DNA of 56,887 nucleotides, counting the filler, from Basidioascus undulatus (Eukaryota), in NCBI GenBank assembly GCA_000826855.1. It is 3 parts of 3 records of this genome, joined end to end, with 100 filler letters (N's around TTAATTAATTAA, not from the genome) between each part and the next. Parts side by side here need not be neighbours in the genome. Positions count along the whole stretch, not along the records: positions 19,063 to 37,946 come from JTLS01000445.1; positions 38,047 to 56,887 come from JTLS01000446.1; 1 more part is not named here. The stretch is one strand, 5' to 3'. A program made the translations under genes and the position numbers. The first letter of the stretch is position 1. Every line of letters begins with the position of its first letter. Positions 25,833-39,289 of this stretch are shown one piece after another. Under the pieces are notes generated by a model, which saw only the letters and a list, made by a program, of their open reading frames with translations, was not told the origin of the DNA and made no database searches.

Positions 25833-26316
25833 AATCTATTAGCACAAGTAAATAAATCTCATTCAGGTTGACCTTTCTGTGTGAGCTTCCAGCGTGCGCA
25901 CAAGCCGACCTTGTTTGCACAACGCAGGAATGGGCCTGCCACGCGCATGGTGCGTTCTGTGCAGTGAACCAGCGTCGCACCGCAACACTATTTGTTGTGG
26001 TCATAAAATTGTCCGACAAGACTGTTCAGAATCTCAGTTCTCGTGTATGCCCACTGGAGAGCGTCAGTTCACAGATTTTTGGGCTGCGTCGGTATGCAGA
26101 GCACCCACTCCCCCCTGCCCCAAACATGTTCGCACTGACATTGTAAGGGCGAAATGATTCCTGCACCGCTTAATTTTTTTTGTCTTCTCCAAGAATGGCA
26201 TCGCTGCCGCATCATGTCGACGCGCCAGGCGCTCGGGATCTCCTTTCCGCGCGCACGCACCGCACCGCTCGCTTGGCCAAGAGCTCTGTGCTTGAAAGCA
26301 CTCCAACATGAACCCA

Positions 26317-28698
26317 CTACTCCCCATCCTCCTCCCCATTCCCGCCTTCCTCCCTCTCCTGCTCCTGCTGCTGCTCCTGCCTCGCGCCATCCCCGTCCTG
26401 TTCCTCCTCTCCATCAACCTCCATCTCCTCACTCTCCACCCCGCTCTCCACCCCGCTCTCCCACCCGCTCTCCCACCCATCCCCCATCGACCCCTCCCTT
26501 CCCGCGCGATCCACCCCAACCATCCTCCACAGCACGCGCTCCTCGCGTTCGTCCTCCGCGCGGTCCAGCGCGTGGAGGAGGCGCTCAGCCAGGCGCTGCT
26601 TGTTGACATCCTTGGGCTTCTCCGTCGGCTCGTCGACCTCGTCCACGGGAGGGGAGATGGGAAGCGTGGGCGGAAGGCGCTGGAGGTTCTGTATGATTTC
26701 GACGAGGTCCGAGGCGGCGGGGGTGGTGGAGGTGGGGGTGCGGGTGGGGAGCGCGGACTCGGGCTCGGGCTCGGGCTCGGGTGATGGAGCGGGAGAAGAG
26801 GGATCCCGCGGGAGGATATCTTCCGATTCGACGGAGTCGTGCGAGGGAGTGGGGGACGGAGCGCGTGCGCGGGAACGTCTGCGGGTGGGTGGAGGCGCGG
26901 GCCGGTCGGGGCAGGGGATGTTGGAGAGACGCATGGCGAGGTAGACGTCGTCTTTCGTAACCTGCGACGTTACAGTAGAGAACTCATCATCAGCGACGAC
27001 CGTTGAGAGAGTACAGGGTGATAACTTGCCGTGTCATACGTGCCTGTGAATGTCTTGGTCGAGCTGCGCGCTCGCCGTTGCTCCACGACGAGGTCGATCG
27101 TTCGCCCTAGGAGAGGGACGAGGAAGGCAAGGAGATGGTCTCGCAGCGCGGGGAGGACGGCCGGGTCGAGAGAGGGGTCCTCGCCGTTGGCGGGTGAGGG
27201 CGAGAGGGGGTCAGAAGGGGTGCGAAAGCGTCTGCGAGGAGATGGGAAGTTCGTGAGCTCAAAGATCAGGGGACCCGACGAAAGTGTAGGGAGAGACGTA
27301 CGTGATGATCGTGGAGAGCGTCTCGTAGTCTAGAACATCAAGGAACGACGCCGACAGGTCTCCAGGCGTAAGGCCCAGCGCCTCGAGGCTATCCTGCGCC
27401 GCCTTGCGCTTCTCCTCCTCCTCCTTCGCTCTCTCCTCCTGCTCCCGTTTCTTCTCCTTTTCAAGGACCGCATCAGCCCGGTCGCCCAACACTTTTTTCC
27501 TCCACGCATCCTTTTGATCCGTCTTGCCCCCCGGAATCCTCGGCCTCCCCCCGCCCTTCCTCCGCGTCTGCAGGATCTCCACGCCCTCCTCCTCAGGGCG
27601 CAGCTCCTCGCCGCGCTCCCGCGCGCGCGCACGCCGCATGTGCATGCGCTTGTTGTAGCGTTTGCGGGAGGCGGGGGAGAGGAGGAGGACGGCGTCGGAC
27701 TCGGGATCGTGATCGGGGGTCGGGTTGGCGGAGGTGGAGGGCGTGGGGGCGGCGGAGGTTTCGGAGGGACCGGGAGCGTTGGGGGGTGGAGAGCAGGCGA
27801 TGAAGAGGAGGGAGAAAAAGGAGGGCGTGAGGGCCGGGAGGCGTGGAACAACGCAAGCGTCGTGCGCGCGCAGGCGGGTGAAGAGAGGCTCGTCCGGATT
27901 CGGTGGCGGCGGGGTCGAGCGCGTCTGCTGCTGTGCGCAAGTCGGTTCGCGTTCGGCGTCCTCCTCGTCCACCTTCCGCTTCTTGGCGACCCTCGCCTTC
28001 CCTCCGTCCTCCTGATCGCGTCTCCTCACGACGTCCGCCGCCTCGTCCTCCCACAACACCCACATCTCGCTCACCTCCCGGGCCTCCGGCATGTCCTTCC
28101 GTCCAACCCAGCCGCGGCGCTTCCGGCGACTCGCGTGCGTCCCCTCTGCCCATGCGCGCTTGGCGCGCCCAAGCTCGTCGAGGTAGGCGAGCACGTCCGC
28201 TTCGGATTTGGACGGGCCCAGGTGCTCGGCTATGACGTCCGGGCGGAAGCGCGAGTAGCGGGGGAGGAGGACGTCGAGCAGGAGATGCTTCTCGTGGGGA
28301 GTCCAGAGCGTTGAGGGCGGGTGGAGAGAGGGGCGGTAGGGGAGGGGAGAGGGCGGGCGGAGGGATAGGATGTGCGCATTGAGCTCAGTGACATACGCTT
28401 CTATAGCGGTCGCGGAGGTAACAGGGAAGACGGGCGGAGGATGTGATTGGGCGGTCGACGGTCCCTCGACGAGTTCGGAGTCGGCTTCGACAGAGGTAAA
28501 GGGCGGTAGGAAGGGTGCCGGTGACGAGGATCCCGATAGACTTGGTGCAGGGGACGGAGCTCTCGAAACAGCGGGCGTGGACGAGTCCCCGCGATCGTGC
28601 TCGAGGAGCAAAGGGTCGATAGGAAGATGACTCGCCGTCGCGGCTGGATCGATCGAGGGTGAGGCTGAGGTGCCTGTTTGTTCTAAAGGAGAGTCCAT
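26317..28698 (-). CDS. RRN5: SANT/Myb-like protein resembling Pol I upstream activation factor subunit Rrn5
   Basis: LWTPHEKHLL..RYSRFRPDVIAEHLGPSKSEADVLAYLDEL, MPEAREVSEMWVLWEDEAA, RKRYNKRMHMRRARA, a spliced helical C-domain (LRDHLLAFLVPLL..VTKDDVYLA) and an acidic tail. Start codon uncertain. Confidence 0.7.
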
Positions 28699-29772
28699 CA
28701 CGAGAGAAGTAAGAGAATGGGTATCGGGGAGTATTATGCTGGCCTTTACCACGGAAAATCGGACGCTCAGCTTAAACCAGAAGCTGTAGGGGCCAGGCCG
28801 CCAGACGCACCTTCACCAGAACTCCTCCGGTATGCGCTCGAGAAGTGCCCTCCTAGGCTATGCTATGCCCCTTGGTAGATACTTGTTTGAGGATATGGCG
28901 TTGGATGAGAGATCGAGTTTCGAGTGAAAAAGTCATGGTCGGAAGGTAAGCGGCGAAGGGAGAAGACGGTGGACGCGACCAGGGCGCGTTTGCATCCGGG
29001 GGCTTTCGGTCAGCTGGAATTCAAACAAGCCGACGAAGGCAGGCTGCCAATTGTTGTTAAAAATCATGCTTCCTCTACAGATGCCTCTGAAAAGGACACA
29101 AGATGATCCTGAAGTAAGCCCTCGTAACTGCCAGTTGCTATGAAAGTCAGGGAGTAGTTGCGCCCTCAGCCTTCGCAGAACGAGCTCAGGCAGTTCAGTC
29201 TGCGTTGAGACATGCATGAATGTCCTTAGAAGCATGTGATACGATCTTGTTTGACCTTAAACCTCTAACCACAGCGAAAGTAACAGAAAGGGTAATACTC
29301 ACGACAGGAGAGTGGGGGATCCCAAGCTGCGAGCAGCGTAACTGCGAGCGCCACGAACGAGACCTCGTGCACAGCGCTAACGATCCTATATCGTCCGCCA
29401 ATAGTGTCGGAGGGGTCTGTTACTGCTTAATCCCTGGGCTGGTACTCCAGTTGGGCAACCCGTAATGCCCCAGAGACTGGTAAGCTTCTTTGCGTTGTGG
29501 CCTTAGCAGTCGCGCGTGGGGGGTGGACTACACTATGAAAGCGTCTCCGGAATGTCTTGAGCTGTAATCATATGTAAAACTGATGAGCTTAGCCAATGCA
29601 GAGGAGTAGACGTCTATGGAGGCTCGGTTATAGGCGCCACGGTTCTCTACGTCTGACTCGGAGGTAGTCATAAGCCAGGGATGTATGGGGGGACGATACC
29701 GACCCTACTATACAACGCGCGACCTTACAGGCTTCCTCGTTTTTCACGTATAAAGGCTGTCACGTATTTCAC

Positions 29773-31282
29773 TTAAGCCCACATGATCTCCGCCCGCAGC
29801 GCCGTCAGTGCAGCCGTGTCCAACGACTCGAGCGCGGGGCACGCCGCTAGGAAATCGAAGAACTCGCTCGGCAGCCCGCTCCCTCCGAGAGTGAGGTTGA
29901 GAGCTTCGACCAAGACGAGACGCCCTGCTCGGCGGCGCGGATGAAGAGCTCGTCCCAGAGCGGGAGCTGCACGAAGAACAGGGGCTCGCGAAGGGTGATG
30001 CAGACGTCCCGAAGGGTGTTGGAGCAGCGGATAAGGATGTCTTGCGCGTGCGAAAGGACGGCGGGGAGGTTGTTGGCGAGGTGGACGATGTGGAGGACCG
30101 CGAGCGCTGAGCAGTCGGGGCGGGAGAACGGCATGGCAAACGGCAGGAGGGCCGGGTAGAAGCCTTCTTCTGGGATGTCTGTTCCGCCCGTGTCGTGGGG
30201 GTCGGGCTCCAGCCGCAGCTCCGTTAGGGCCGGTGGAAGGCTGCGAAATGGAGGGCGGCGTAGAGCTGGACATACGCCTCCGCCTCGGTGATGTCGTCGA
30301 CGGGAATGAGCAACGTAACAACCACGCCAATCATCTTCACGCAGCGCAGCCAACGCAGCCGTGCCATACAAAATATTTTAACGAAAGTGACTGCATCCAT
30401 ACATTACGTCGCCCCAATCAGCGCTCAGGGACAAACAGAAAGTCTTGCAGGATTCATATTTACTCGTCAAACACAGAAAAGCGCTTCAGCTCATGTTACA
30501 TTGCGGATAGGCCCTTCTCCGAATGCCGTTCCCACGGCATGCCCATTCCCTCGTGCCCGTTGGGGCAACCGACTTCAGAGACGTGTAGTCCAAGCTCAAT
30601 GACACGCAGAGACGGACAAGATCGAGCGAGCGCATTGAAGAGTGCGACGAGATTGGCGGGTAAAGGGGGAGAAGGCGTTAGCCAGGGCTTTGCCCCAAAT
30701 GTGGAAAGTAACGTCAGGAATGAAGGAGAATGAGACTTGGTGCGAAATGTACTTTGTGCGAGTTGTTTGAGCGTCCCGTATATTCAAGCGCTTCAAGGGA
30801 GTCGAGATCGCCGTTGACTGTGAGCGACTAGAGATGACGGAGAGGCTCGATGTTTCCGGCTTCCGCTTCGAAAGGGTCTTCCTCTGTAGCCTCAAGGTCC
30901 AAAGTGATGTACGTGAGGTGGGTAAGCTTCGAGAGGGCGATGACCAGGCGGACAGCGATCTGCGCATCTCAATGAAGGCCGACACTTCGAGGCTGCGAAG
31001 AAAACACTCGCTTGCTGATAGACTTTACAGGACTATGAAGCCCAAATCGAAAGAGTCGTCGGAGAAATCGACGGAAAGGTTGCGGATTTAACGAGGTTGA
31101 ATGAACGGGAAGAGCGATTCGCGCGAGGTCGTGTCAAGGTCCACGGTTGAGCACAGCGGCGGAAGAGCCAGCTCGTGAAGCGCACGTAGGTGAGCGAGAC
31201 CGAGCAGGTCCGGGATATCAAGGTCCTGGAGAAAGCGCTTGATAAGCTCGTTTGGCAGCGTGAGAAGGATGCAGGACGACAT
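29773..31282 (-). pseudogene. F-box/LRR-type protein relic
   Basis: MSSCILLTLPNELIKRFLQDLDIPDLLGL..LHELALPPLCSTVDL, followed by in-frame stops and shifts; later LRR-like LPPALTELRL, CSNTLRDVCI, ACPALESL. Confidence 0.7.
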
Positions 31283-33704
31283 GGTAAAGGTTGAGTGGAG
31301 GATGGAGGTTTGTTGGCAAGGGGTGGTGTGGTGCTAAGGAGTACGTAGGCTCGCCCCTCGACACAGCCCCCGTGAGGCACGTCCGTGCGTCATAAATTTT
31401 ACAACTAAGATGCCGCGGTGTCTCAGTAACGATCCACTTTGTACTGCATTTCAAGTGGACGACAGTTCGTTCTCAGAGGGACCGGCAGCCTTTCAGGGTG
31501 GATCGTTGATCCTCGGATCGAAAGGTGTACCATCCAGATTCACTCGAACGGCAAGTGCTACTGACTACATAGGACATGTCATGGCTGGATTCGCTGGGTC
31601 AATCGCAATTTTCCAGCTCCTCTGTCTCCAAGATCTTTCCGAATATACTCATTACAGTACTACTTCTGCTTATTCAAAAGAATCGATCCATCGCTGATGG
31701 TGGATGACCTCGTGTGAACGGAATCTGTGCAGCGGCCTTTCTGGCGGGCCGCCATGCCCGGTCGACCGGCCTGTTTGTTGACCTTTGTTCGACCGCTTAG
31801 CATGTGGTCGTATATTCAGCCCCATATAGTGTATTCCATGTCCATTCGCCACCTCCACTATGCATCCAAGCTCGCTCGACCTCACAGCAGCGCAGGCGCT
31901 CCTCAACGAAAGTAAGGGCACGCTCGATGCGCAGGCATCGGAGATCGTGGCGCATAAGCTGCCTGATAAAGTGGGTCCCAAGGTTGCAAGCTGCACCTGC
32001 TTTTCATCGCGCTAGAATTCTAATCCTCAATACAGCTTCGGCAAGTAGAACCTTGACATCCAGGCGAGAAGCGGAGGCAGACAGCTCAACTTCCTTGCGC
32101 ACCTTCAGCCAGATCGCAGCCCGCATTGCGGAACTCGAATCCCGATAGTCTCTTGTGCACGTAACCCGCATGTCCGCTACGACGGACTACACGCTCTACA
32201 AGTACACGGACGCCGAACCACCGAGGGGCGCCGAACGAGAGTGTCATTCGCCTGTTGGAAGAGTCGAAGGCATTCGCATGGGTGCCTATCGAGTACTATG
32301 ATGTGTGCGTCTTCTCCTTTCTGGTGACCCATGTGTAGGAACGCAGGGTGGGGAAAATAGGGAAAATATGTTTTGCTAAGACGACGGTGGGACGGGCGGC
32401 AGTCTGCGGACGTGCATACGCTTGAAGATCCCCACGCTAGTATTCGTGCTTTCGTGGAGGTTTGTTGTATCTCATGCACCCTTTTTCGTCACCTCAATCA
32501 CCTCACTTCTAGCATTGAAGATGGCGCTGCATTCGCTGTCGAAGTTCAGCATTCTGCCGTCTCGCTCATTTGAGGTACCCCTGTTCTCCGCTGCGGTCGA
32601 CGCCTACTTATGAGAACCTTTACAGGCTGCATGGAGACCTTGTTTCGCATCCATGACGCGTGAGTCTTCTCTGAAATCCCAGAATTTTAGCTGCGGGGGT
32701 ACCATGCTACATTGCCTTGTCTTCCTTTGCCTTGACTTGCAGGGGCTCGGATTACCATGGCAAACGTTCGTCCCTGATCGCGGCCTACGCCACGTACCCC
32801 CAGACCAAGGACTATCTTGTAAAGTACGGGTCGGACTCCTCTGCACAAGGTGACTAAAAACTCATGGATTTCATATCGAAGAACACAATCAAAGAGCATG
32901 ATGCAACGTAGGTCGCTCTGCCACAGGCCAAAGCGATGCGTCCCGTACTTGTTCACAACCCGTCCCACCATTTGCATCAATCAGCTCCAACTCAGGCAAG
33001 CTTCATCCCCCTGCTTTCAGCTTACTCCGAGCGGATAATAAAGACTGACCTGTGTAACCCCCACAGCCGCCGCAACTTCACGCATATGAGGAAGGGCAGG
33101 CTTCTCTTGCTTGACCACCTAATCAAGAATCTGGACAAGGCACGTTCATCCTCGCCGTCGTTTAATTTACTTAAAATCGGTGCTTGAATTCGCAGGTTCT
33201 CACTCCGGAGGGCGACCAGAGCGTCGGCAATCTCATGTACTAAGGGGTTCCGTTGAAGTTGAGACCCATGCCTGTTAGCCTTGTGCACTGAATTAGGGTG
33301 ATTGTGCACTCATGCGGACTTGCCTACAATGCTGCGGGCCATTCGTTTGCTCCGTCGCTCCCCATATGTGCTGATCACAACGGACGAGGCTTGGTTGGGT
33401 TGTGTGCTCGCGCTCGCACAGTGGCACAGCACTTCGCGTGCGGCCTGGCAGGATGATATCGTTCATACTGGCACACGGCCACAAAGTTTTTTTTTTCGTT
33501 TTTAGAATAAATGTGGTTGTTTCAGTCAGCGTGGATTCCGGTCATTTAAGGAGTTACTTTGACGCCAATTGCTTTCTGCCCCTGCAGCACTATCACCGCG
33601 ACCCATTTCATTCCGCGCCTCATGGCCGACAGTCCTCGCATCGTCCCGACTCGGGTGTCTTCTCTCTTCCCGAAGTACACACTCACCTCGGTATCCACCT
33701 CATA

Positions 33705-34691
33705 ATGCAACGAAGACCACCCACTCTCATCCCATTGATCCGCTCATTCGGTCGCCGCGCGCATACCAGCGCGCCGCCGCGGCCGGGCAAGGCGTCCAAG
33801 CGCTCCTCGCCGCAGCCGCAAGTATCCAAGGAGGTCGTGCTGTTCGAGGCGCCGTCGACCGTTCCTCCATTGCTGTACGGTGGAGTCTTCGCGATGGTAG
33901 TGGCGTTTACGTGAGACTTCCTTTCCCTCTTGTGAGAGGTTGTAAGGCTCACCGTGATGGCTGGTTGGCGCAGCCTGTCCAATGCAACGCTCGCGCACCA
34001 CTCCAAGACTGAGCCTCCGCGGGCGCGCGAGGAGAGCACGGGCGCGGAGGAGCCGAAGTGGCAAGCCAAGGTAGTCGAAAAGTTTGCTGCGTACTGGACC
34101 AAGTTCGGCGCGGGGGTGCCGCTGATCATGGGCGGGCTGTGCACGGCGGTGCTGCTCTTCGCGCCTTCGAGGTGCGTCGCAACATTGGCTGTGACTTTGC
34201 TATCTCACCTGTTAGACTGACGATCCCTTGTTCACAACAGAGCAGTAGCACGGGTCGCGTATCTTCCCAGCACCAAGGAGCTGCGCATTCATTCCGTGCT
34301 GAGCGCGGGCTTGCGCTGGAGGCCCGGCCAAGCACCTTCTGGGAAGGGCACTGTTGTGCCAGTCTCGCAAGTATCGCTGCAGCACCCCGGTATGTGTTTA
34401 TTAAAATTCATTTCAAACGGCAGCCGCTGAATTAAATCGCCCTCTTCGTGGTGACGATCCGCAGGTGCTCCAACCTCAATGCGCTCCGTCCCCCTGATTA
34501 TCCACCCGTCGCGTCTCCCATTTCAACTCGACGAACGGATCCCGCTCCGGGTCGACCTGGCGGCGGGATTGTCTTTGGACCCGTCATCAAAGAAGTCGAT
34601 ACCGCTGGCCAAGGACGAGAAGGCTTATGTGAACGGGAAGGGGTGGTTGGAGGTGTTTGGGCAGCGCTGGATAGACCTCATCCGAAAGTAG
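33705..34691 (+). CDS. Putative mitochondrial membrane protein, two TM segments (TMEM223/TMEM186-like architecture)
   Basis: Arg/Ser-rich presequence-like N-terminus, VVLFEAP, two hydrophobic helices (LLYGGVFAMVVAFT; GVPLIMGGLCTAVLLFAPSR); four exons join in frame across GT-AG introns. Confidence 0.65.
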
Positions 34692-34943
34692 CTGCTTTGT
34701 TCTTTCGTGGTCTGCAGGAGCGTGACTTGTTCGAGCCAGCTTCTCTCGAGCTTCTCTGGAAATCACTCCACCAATACGTGTCCGCTCAGAACGGCATAGC
34801 GCAGCAGAAGCGCCGTACTGTTTGCTTGGGCTTTTCTTGGGCAGAACCGCACAGGGCTTCTCGAGAACCACAACCAAATAACATAAAGCTCGTAGTGTAT
34901 CAAGTCAACATGAACGATTACCCAAGGGTATCCCAATATCCCA

Positions 34944-37900
34944 TTAGGTGCTCTTCCCGCGCGAGCGGTCCGCCGCCCTCTCTAGATGGTAATAAATGGC
35001 AGAGATCGCGTTTCCCACACCGTCCTCGGAGCGGATACGCTCGCCGATCTGGCCAGCGCGCTCCTTCATCAATCTGTACGGAGACAGCCGCGAAAGAATG
35101 CATGTGTCAGTCCAGGCTAAGTCAAGGAGGTTCATTGCAACGAACCGGTCCGAAGTAGCCTTGACCAGCGCGTTGGCGATGTCCGACGTGCTGAGGCTGT
35201 TGACCCGGAGGCCGACCTGTAGACAGCGAGCGACAGGACATTCAGTACACGCTCTTCCTTCGGTGGAGTCGAATGTCAATGCAGCGCACCCCGAGTTTCT
35301 GGACTCGCTGGCTCCAGAAGGCCTGGTCGCCAAAGAATTGCTGTAAATGACGAGTGAGCGTCAGAAACAGCAGCCCCATGCACACACCGTACGACCGACG
35401 CACCTTGATGAGCGTCGGCACGCCCGCACGCAAGCTTGCAGCCGTCGTCCCCGACCCGCCATGCCTGTCGTCCAACAATACACTTTCAGCATCTCCACCG
35501 ACAGAGCGCCTAAGCGGAAGGAACGGGAGCATACGTGAGAGTCGCGTCAACGCGCGGGAACAACCCTGCCCCACCGCCGCATGTCAGCTACGTTGGGCGG
35601 AGCGGAGAAGTCGAGCACACGCACAGTCATGCGGGATCGCGTCGACAGAGTAGATCTCACTGCCGAGCGGGACGTCGCCCTCCGGCTTGTCGCTGAGCTT
35701 GGCGGACCAGCCCTTCGCTAGGATTGCGCGAACTAAGTGCAAGCCAGTTTCGTCAGCGGGATGGAACTACTGCAGTGAAAAGGACGCCCTCACCTCCAGC
35801 TCGCTCAACAGCCTTCACGATGGACCTAGTCATGCCCTGCGGATCGGGCACGACGATGCTGCCGAACCCCTGTCCGACGTCCACCATTCGCATGGGCGCA
35901 TGAGCAATTTCGAGAAGAAGAGAGAACACGCACGATGTACACGAGCGGCTTGCCGTCCTTCTTGGCGTTCTCGATAAAGTCGAGCAGGTCCTGCGGCGGG
36001 GCGTACTTGCCCGTCGCGTTGTCGAGGAACCAGTAGCCCGTGATCGTGATGTGGTCGGGCCAGTCCAGCGCTGGGTGGGAGGGCGAAACGCGTCATTCGG
36101 ACACAGCAAGCCTTAACACGTCGAAGAAAAACCTTGACTTACGCCGTGGGACGACGGACTCGGAGAACTAGAAAAGTGAGAGGGAGTCACCGCGATCTGG
36201 CAAGGTGTGCGAGATGATGCAGCGCGGGCAGACGCACGTTGTACAAGAACGGCACCTCCCTCTGCTGCAAGCTCTCGAGGTCCGTCGGCTTCAGGCCAAT
36301 CTCCTTGCGGAACCGGTTGATCTGGCCCGAAGTTGCTCGCCACATGCTGTCCCAGCGAGTCCGATCAATCAGCACGCTGGTTCAGAGTGGGGAAGGGTGA
36401 GTGCGAGGCCGACGCACATGCTATCGAAGAGCGTGTAGCTCGCAGAGTAGAACGAGCCGTGCATCGTGTCGACGGGGGGGACCATGAACGCGTGCCTGTG
36501 CTCCCCCCATACGCTATCAGCTATACGCCCAACCTGGTGAGGAAGAAGAGCTCCAGACGAACGGGAAGTCCGCTGTTCGACTCCCTGATACCGCCGGCCA
36601 GTCAGTCTCCGCCTCCCCTCACTGCGCCTACCGCCCACTACTCACAAGGCATGGTGCTCGCCCTAAAGTACCTCAAGTCTGTTCCATCCACCGCAGTATC
36701 AGCATCCCCCTCTTCTCTTCAGTCCCCACCGCTGGACGCAGGAAGAAGGAAGGCGCACGGAGTGCCTCGGCAACATGGATCCCCGCCATCGTCCACGGGC
36801 TCTCGATGAGGACATCCGTGCCCGCGTCCCGGCACGCGGCATAGCAATCACGCAGGAGCTTGTCGAGCCAGGCACGGAAGTGGCCGAGCGACTCGCGGAA
36901 GAAGCCGGGGGTGAACATCTGCGCGCGCGCAGTCGTCAGCCACCGGGAGGCAGCAGATGAATTTGGGCGAGAAGAGGAAGGTACCTTATGCTCAACCGAC
37001 AATTTCTGTCCCCACTTCCTGGGTCAGCCCACGCTCTCTCGAAGATCACTTCGACACTTCGACTTACCATCAGCTCCGCCGGGTCCCCTCCCACACAGCG
37101 GTAGCTGATCCCGAATCCCTCGACTTTACCAACCCCCCTCGGTTTCGATCAGCTTCCCATCCCATCCCACATTCCGTCCGGAGATGAAGAGAGCAGCGAC
37201 GCACCCCATTTCTGGTATGTGGGGTGCGAAACGATAGTCACCGAGTGTCCTTGGGCGATGAGCCTGTGACACACCGCCATATCAGCTTCCTCCTTCTTCG
37301 CGTGAAAAAAGAGGAGAGAAAGAGAACGCACCCCTTCGCAAGCGCAATATAAGGCTGCACATCTCCCCTGCTACCCTACACCCTCGCACCATCTCATCAG
37401 CGCTCCCTTTCTCGCCTCTGGGAGAAAGTAGGGAGAGAGCGGGGAGCTCACGATTGCCATGCAGGTAACCCGCATCGGCTCCACGTCCGGCGCGAAGCCG
37501 AGCATGAGCGGTGCGCGCAGCAGCGCCTCCGCGGGGACAGTCGGCTTCCTCTTCGGCTGTGCCCAGATTCCGTCCTGCGCTCTGCGTCCACTGCCAATCG
37601 CAATCCCGTGGGGGGAGGCAGCGAAGGCGTCGAGGCTACTTTCCCTTGCGCGGGCGTGGGCGGGGGCGGCCGCATCGCCTTCGGCACCAGCTGTGGAGGT
37701 GGAAGAGTTCTTGCCGTGCGAGGAGGATTGGGCAGAGGACTTGGCGGCGGACACGGCCGCATTGATCCGCTCCAGCGCGTCGTCCCGCGCCGCGGAGGAG
37801 GGGAACTCGAGGACTACGTCTGGGTGCGCGGAGATGTGCAGGGAGAGGGAGGGGGGGTGGAAGAGGTGGAAGGTGAGCGGGGAGCGGGGCGCGTAGGGTT

Positions 37901-37946
37901 CGGCGGAGTGCAGGGAGGTTAGGGCGAAGCGGAGCTCACTTTTGCA
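34944..37946 (-). CDS. ATG26: Sterol 3-beta-glucosyltransferase, 5'-truncated by the contig end
   Basis: [119 protein letters not shown]. Confidence 0.94.
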
Positions 37947-38046
37947 NNNNNNNNNNNNNNNNNNNNNNNNNNNNNNNNNNNNNNNNNNNNTTAATTAATT
38001 AANNNNNNNNNNNNNNNNNNNNNNNNNNNNNNNNNNNNNNNNNNNN
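37947..38046. other. Artificial contig spacer
   Basis: Same N44-TTAATTAATTAA-N44 linker as at 18963. Confidence 0.98.
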
Positions 38047-38830
38047 ATGGGGATGGGGGATGGAGCCGGAGTAAGAGGGGGGAGGGAGGGAAGACGCACT
38101 TTGAAGTAGTCTTTGTGGTTCGTGAAGAACGCTTTCCAGCGGGGGATGGCCTTCTCGCCCAAAACGCGTCGAGCAGATGTGAGGTCGCGGCAGTGTGGGG
38201 TAGAGAAAGTGGGTGAGGAGAGCGCGCACCTGCAGTTCGTCCTCCGACAGCCCGCGCAAATCGTACGTGTCATGCTCCTTGAAACACCCCGTAACGAACG
38301 CCCGCGCCGCATCTTTGCCGACCCTTCGCTCCCCCAGATCGTTCAGCCTTGCACCTCCGGCCGAAGAAGGGGAGGGTAGGGGGAGGCGGAGAAGGAGCAG
38401 AGGAAGGGGCCGGACTCACGCAGCATGGTACATCCCGCCCTTCCCATAGATCCTTGGGTTCTTGCTCACGTCAAACACCTCCCCGTCGATGGCAAGGAGG
38501 ATCCGCCCGCCGGGCTGCGTCCCGTCATGTCTAGCGAGCTGCGCTTCACTAAACGTCTCCTGCTTCGGCTGGTGTCCCTCCCGCCCGGTATCAGCAAACT
38601 ACCTCGAACTACAAGAGAAGCGGAGGAAGGAGGGGAGGGTGAAGAGAGGGACGACGCACCGGGAAGTAAGTCTTCAACCGCCTCCACTTGCCCTGGTAGT
38701 TCCAGAGCGGGTCGCCGGTGATGAACAGGGAGAGGAGGATCGAGACGAGGAGGACGTTGAGCAGGACGCGCGCGAGGCGGAACGCCGCGCCGCGCGTCGC
38801 AGGTGCGGGTGCAGGGGTCTTTTCCGACAT
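38047..38830 (-). CDS. MAPR-family cytochrome b5-like heme/steroid-binding protein, 3'-truncated
   Basis: N-terminal TM helix, then FSEAQLARHDG..ILLAIDGEVFDVS..YGKGGMYH..AGKDAARAFVTGCF..DLRGL..WKAFFTNHKDYFK. Confidence 0.9.
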
Positions 38831-39289
38831 GCTTTCGGAAGAAGAGGAGGGCTTGGATGCTTGTAGTTTGGCCTGCGCGTGGAAGGAGCAGAGGGTACGA
38901 AAGAGAGGAAGGAAGAAGGTCAGCCCAGCTCTTGCCCGCGCCCGCAGTTCCCACCCACTTGGTCCTCTTTCCACTTCCTCCACTTCAGAAACGGCACTTT
39001 CCCCCATCCGTCCCCAAATCAGCTCTCCCCCCTCCTTCTCGGGGAAGGCAGGAAAAAGCACTGTTTGCCCGTTTGAGGCTGACGGTCCGGCCGTACACGT
39101 CGCGCACTTTGGGGAGGCCCCGCTCGCCTGGTTCGGAGCCGACGGGCGACTTGCGGGGGGCGAGGAAGGATTCAGGGGATTCGGCTGGGGAGGCGGAGGA
39201 GAGGGGGGATGGGGTGGAGGAGGAGGACATGAGGGGAGGAGGGTGGGGTGATGGGAGGGGGTGATCGTGTGCAAAATGAAGAGAGCCGC

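Noticed and set aside
26430..26781. 12-nt and 6-nt tandem repeats
   Set aside because: They encode low-complexity (W/V)ESG and PE runs in the RRN5-like tail; not CRISPR-like or satellite.
26308..28630. Long antisense ORFs over GC-rich genes (also over RPA2, FBA1, PDK)
   Set aside because: Shadow ORFs caused by high GC3 and low-complexity codons on the opposite strand.
31850..33480. Possible additional decayed gene on the plus strand
   Set aside because: Coding-like patches, but no motif I can assign to a family.
34944..38830. Sterol-related cluster of ATG26 and the MAPR protein
   Set aside because: The two genes are separated by an artificial spacer and both are truncated there, so the adjacency is unsupported.
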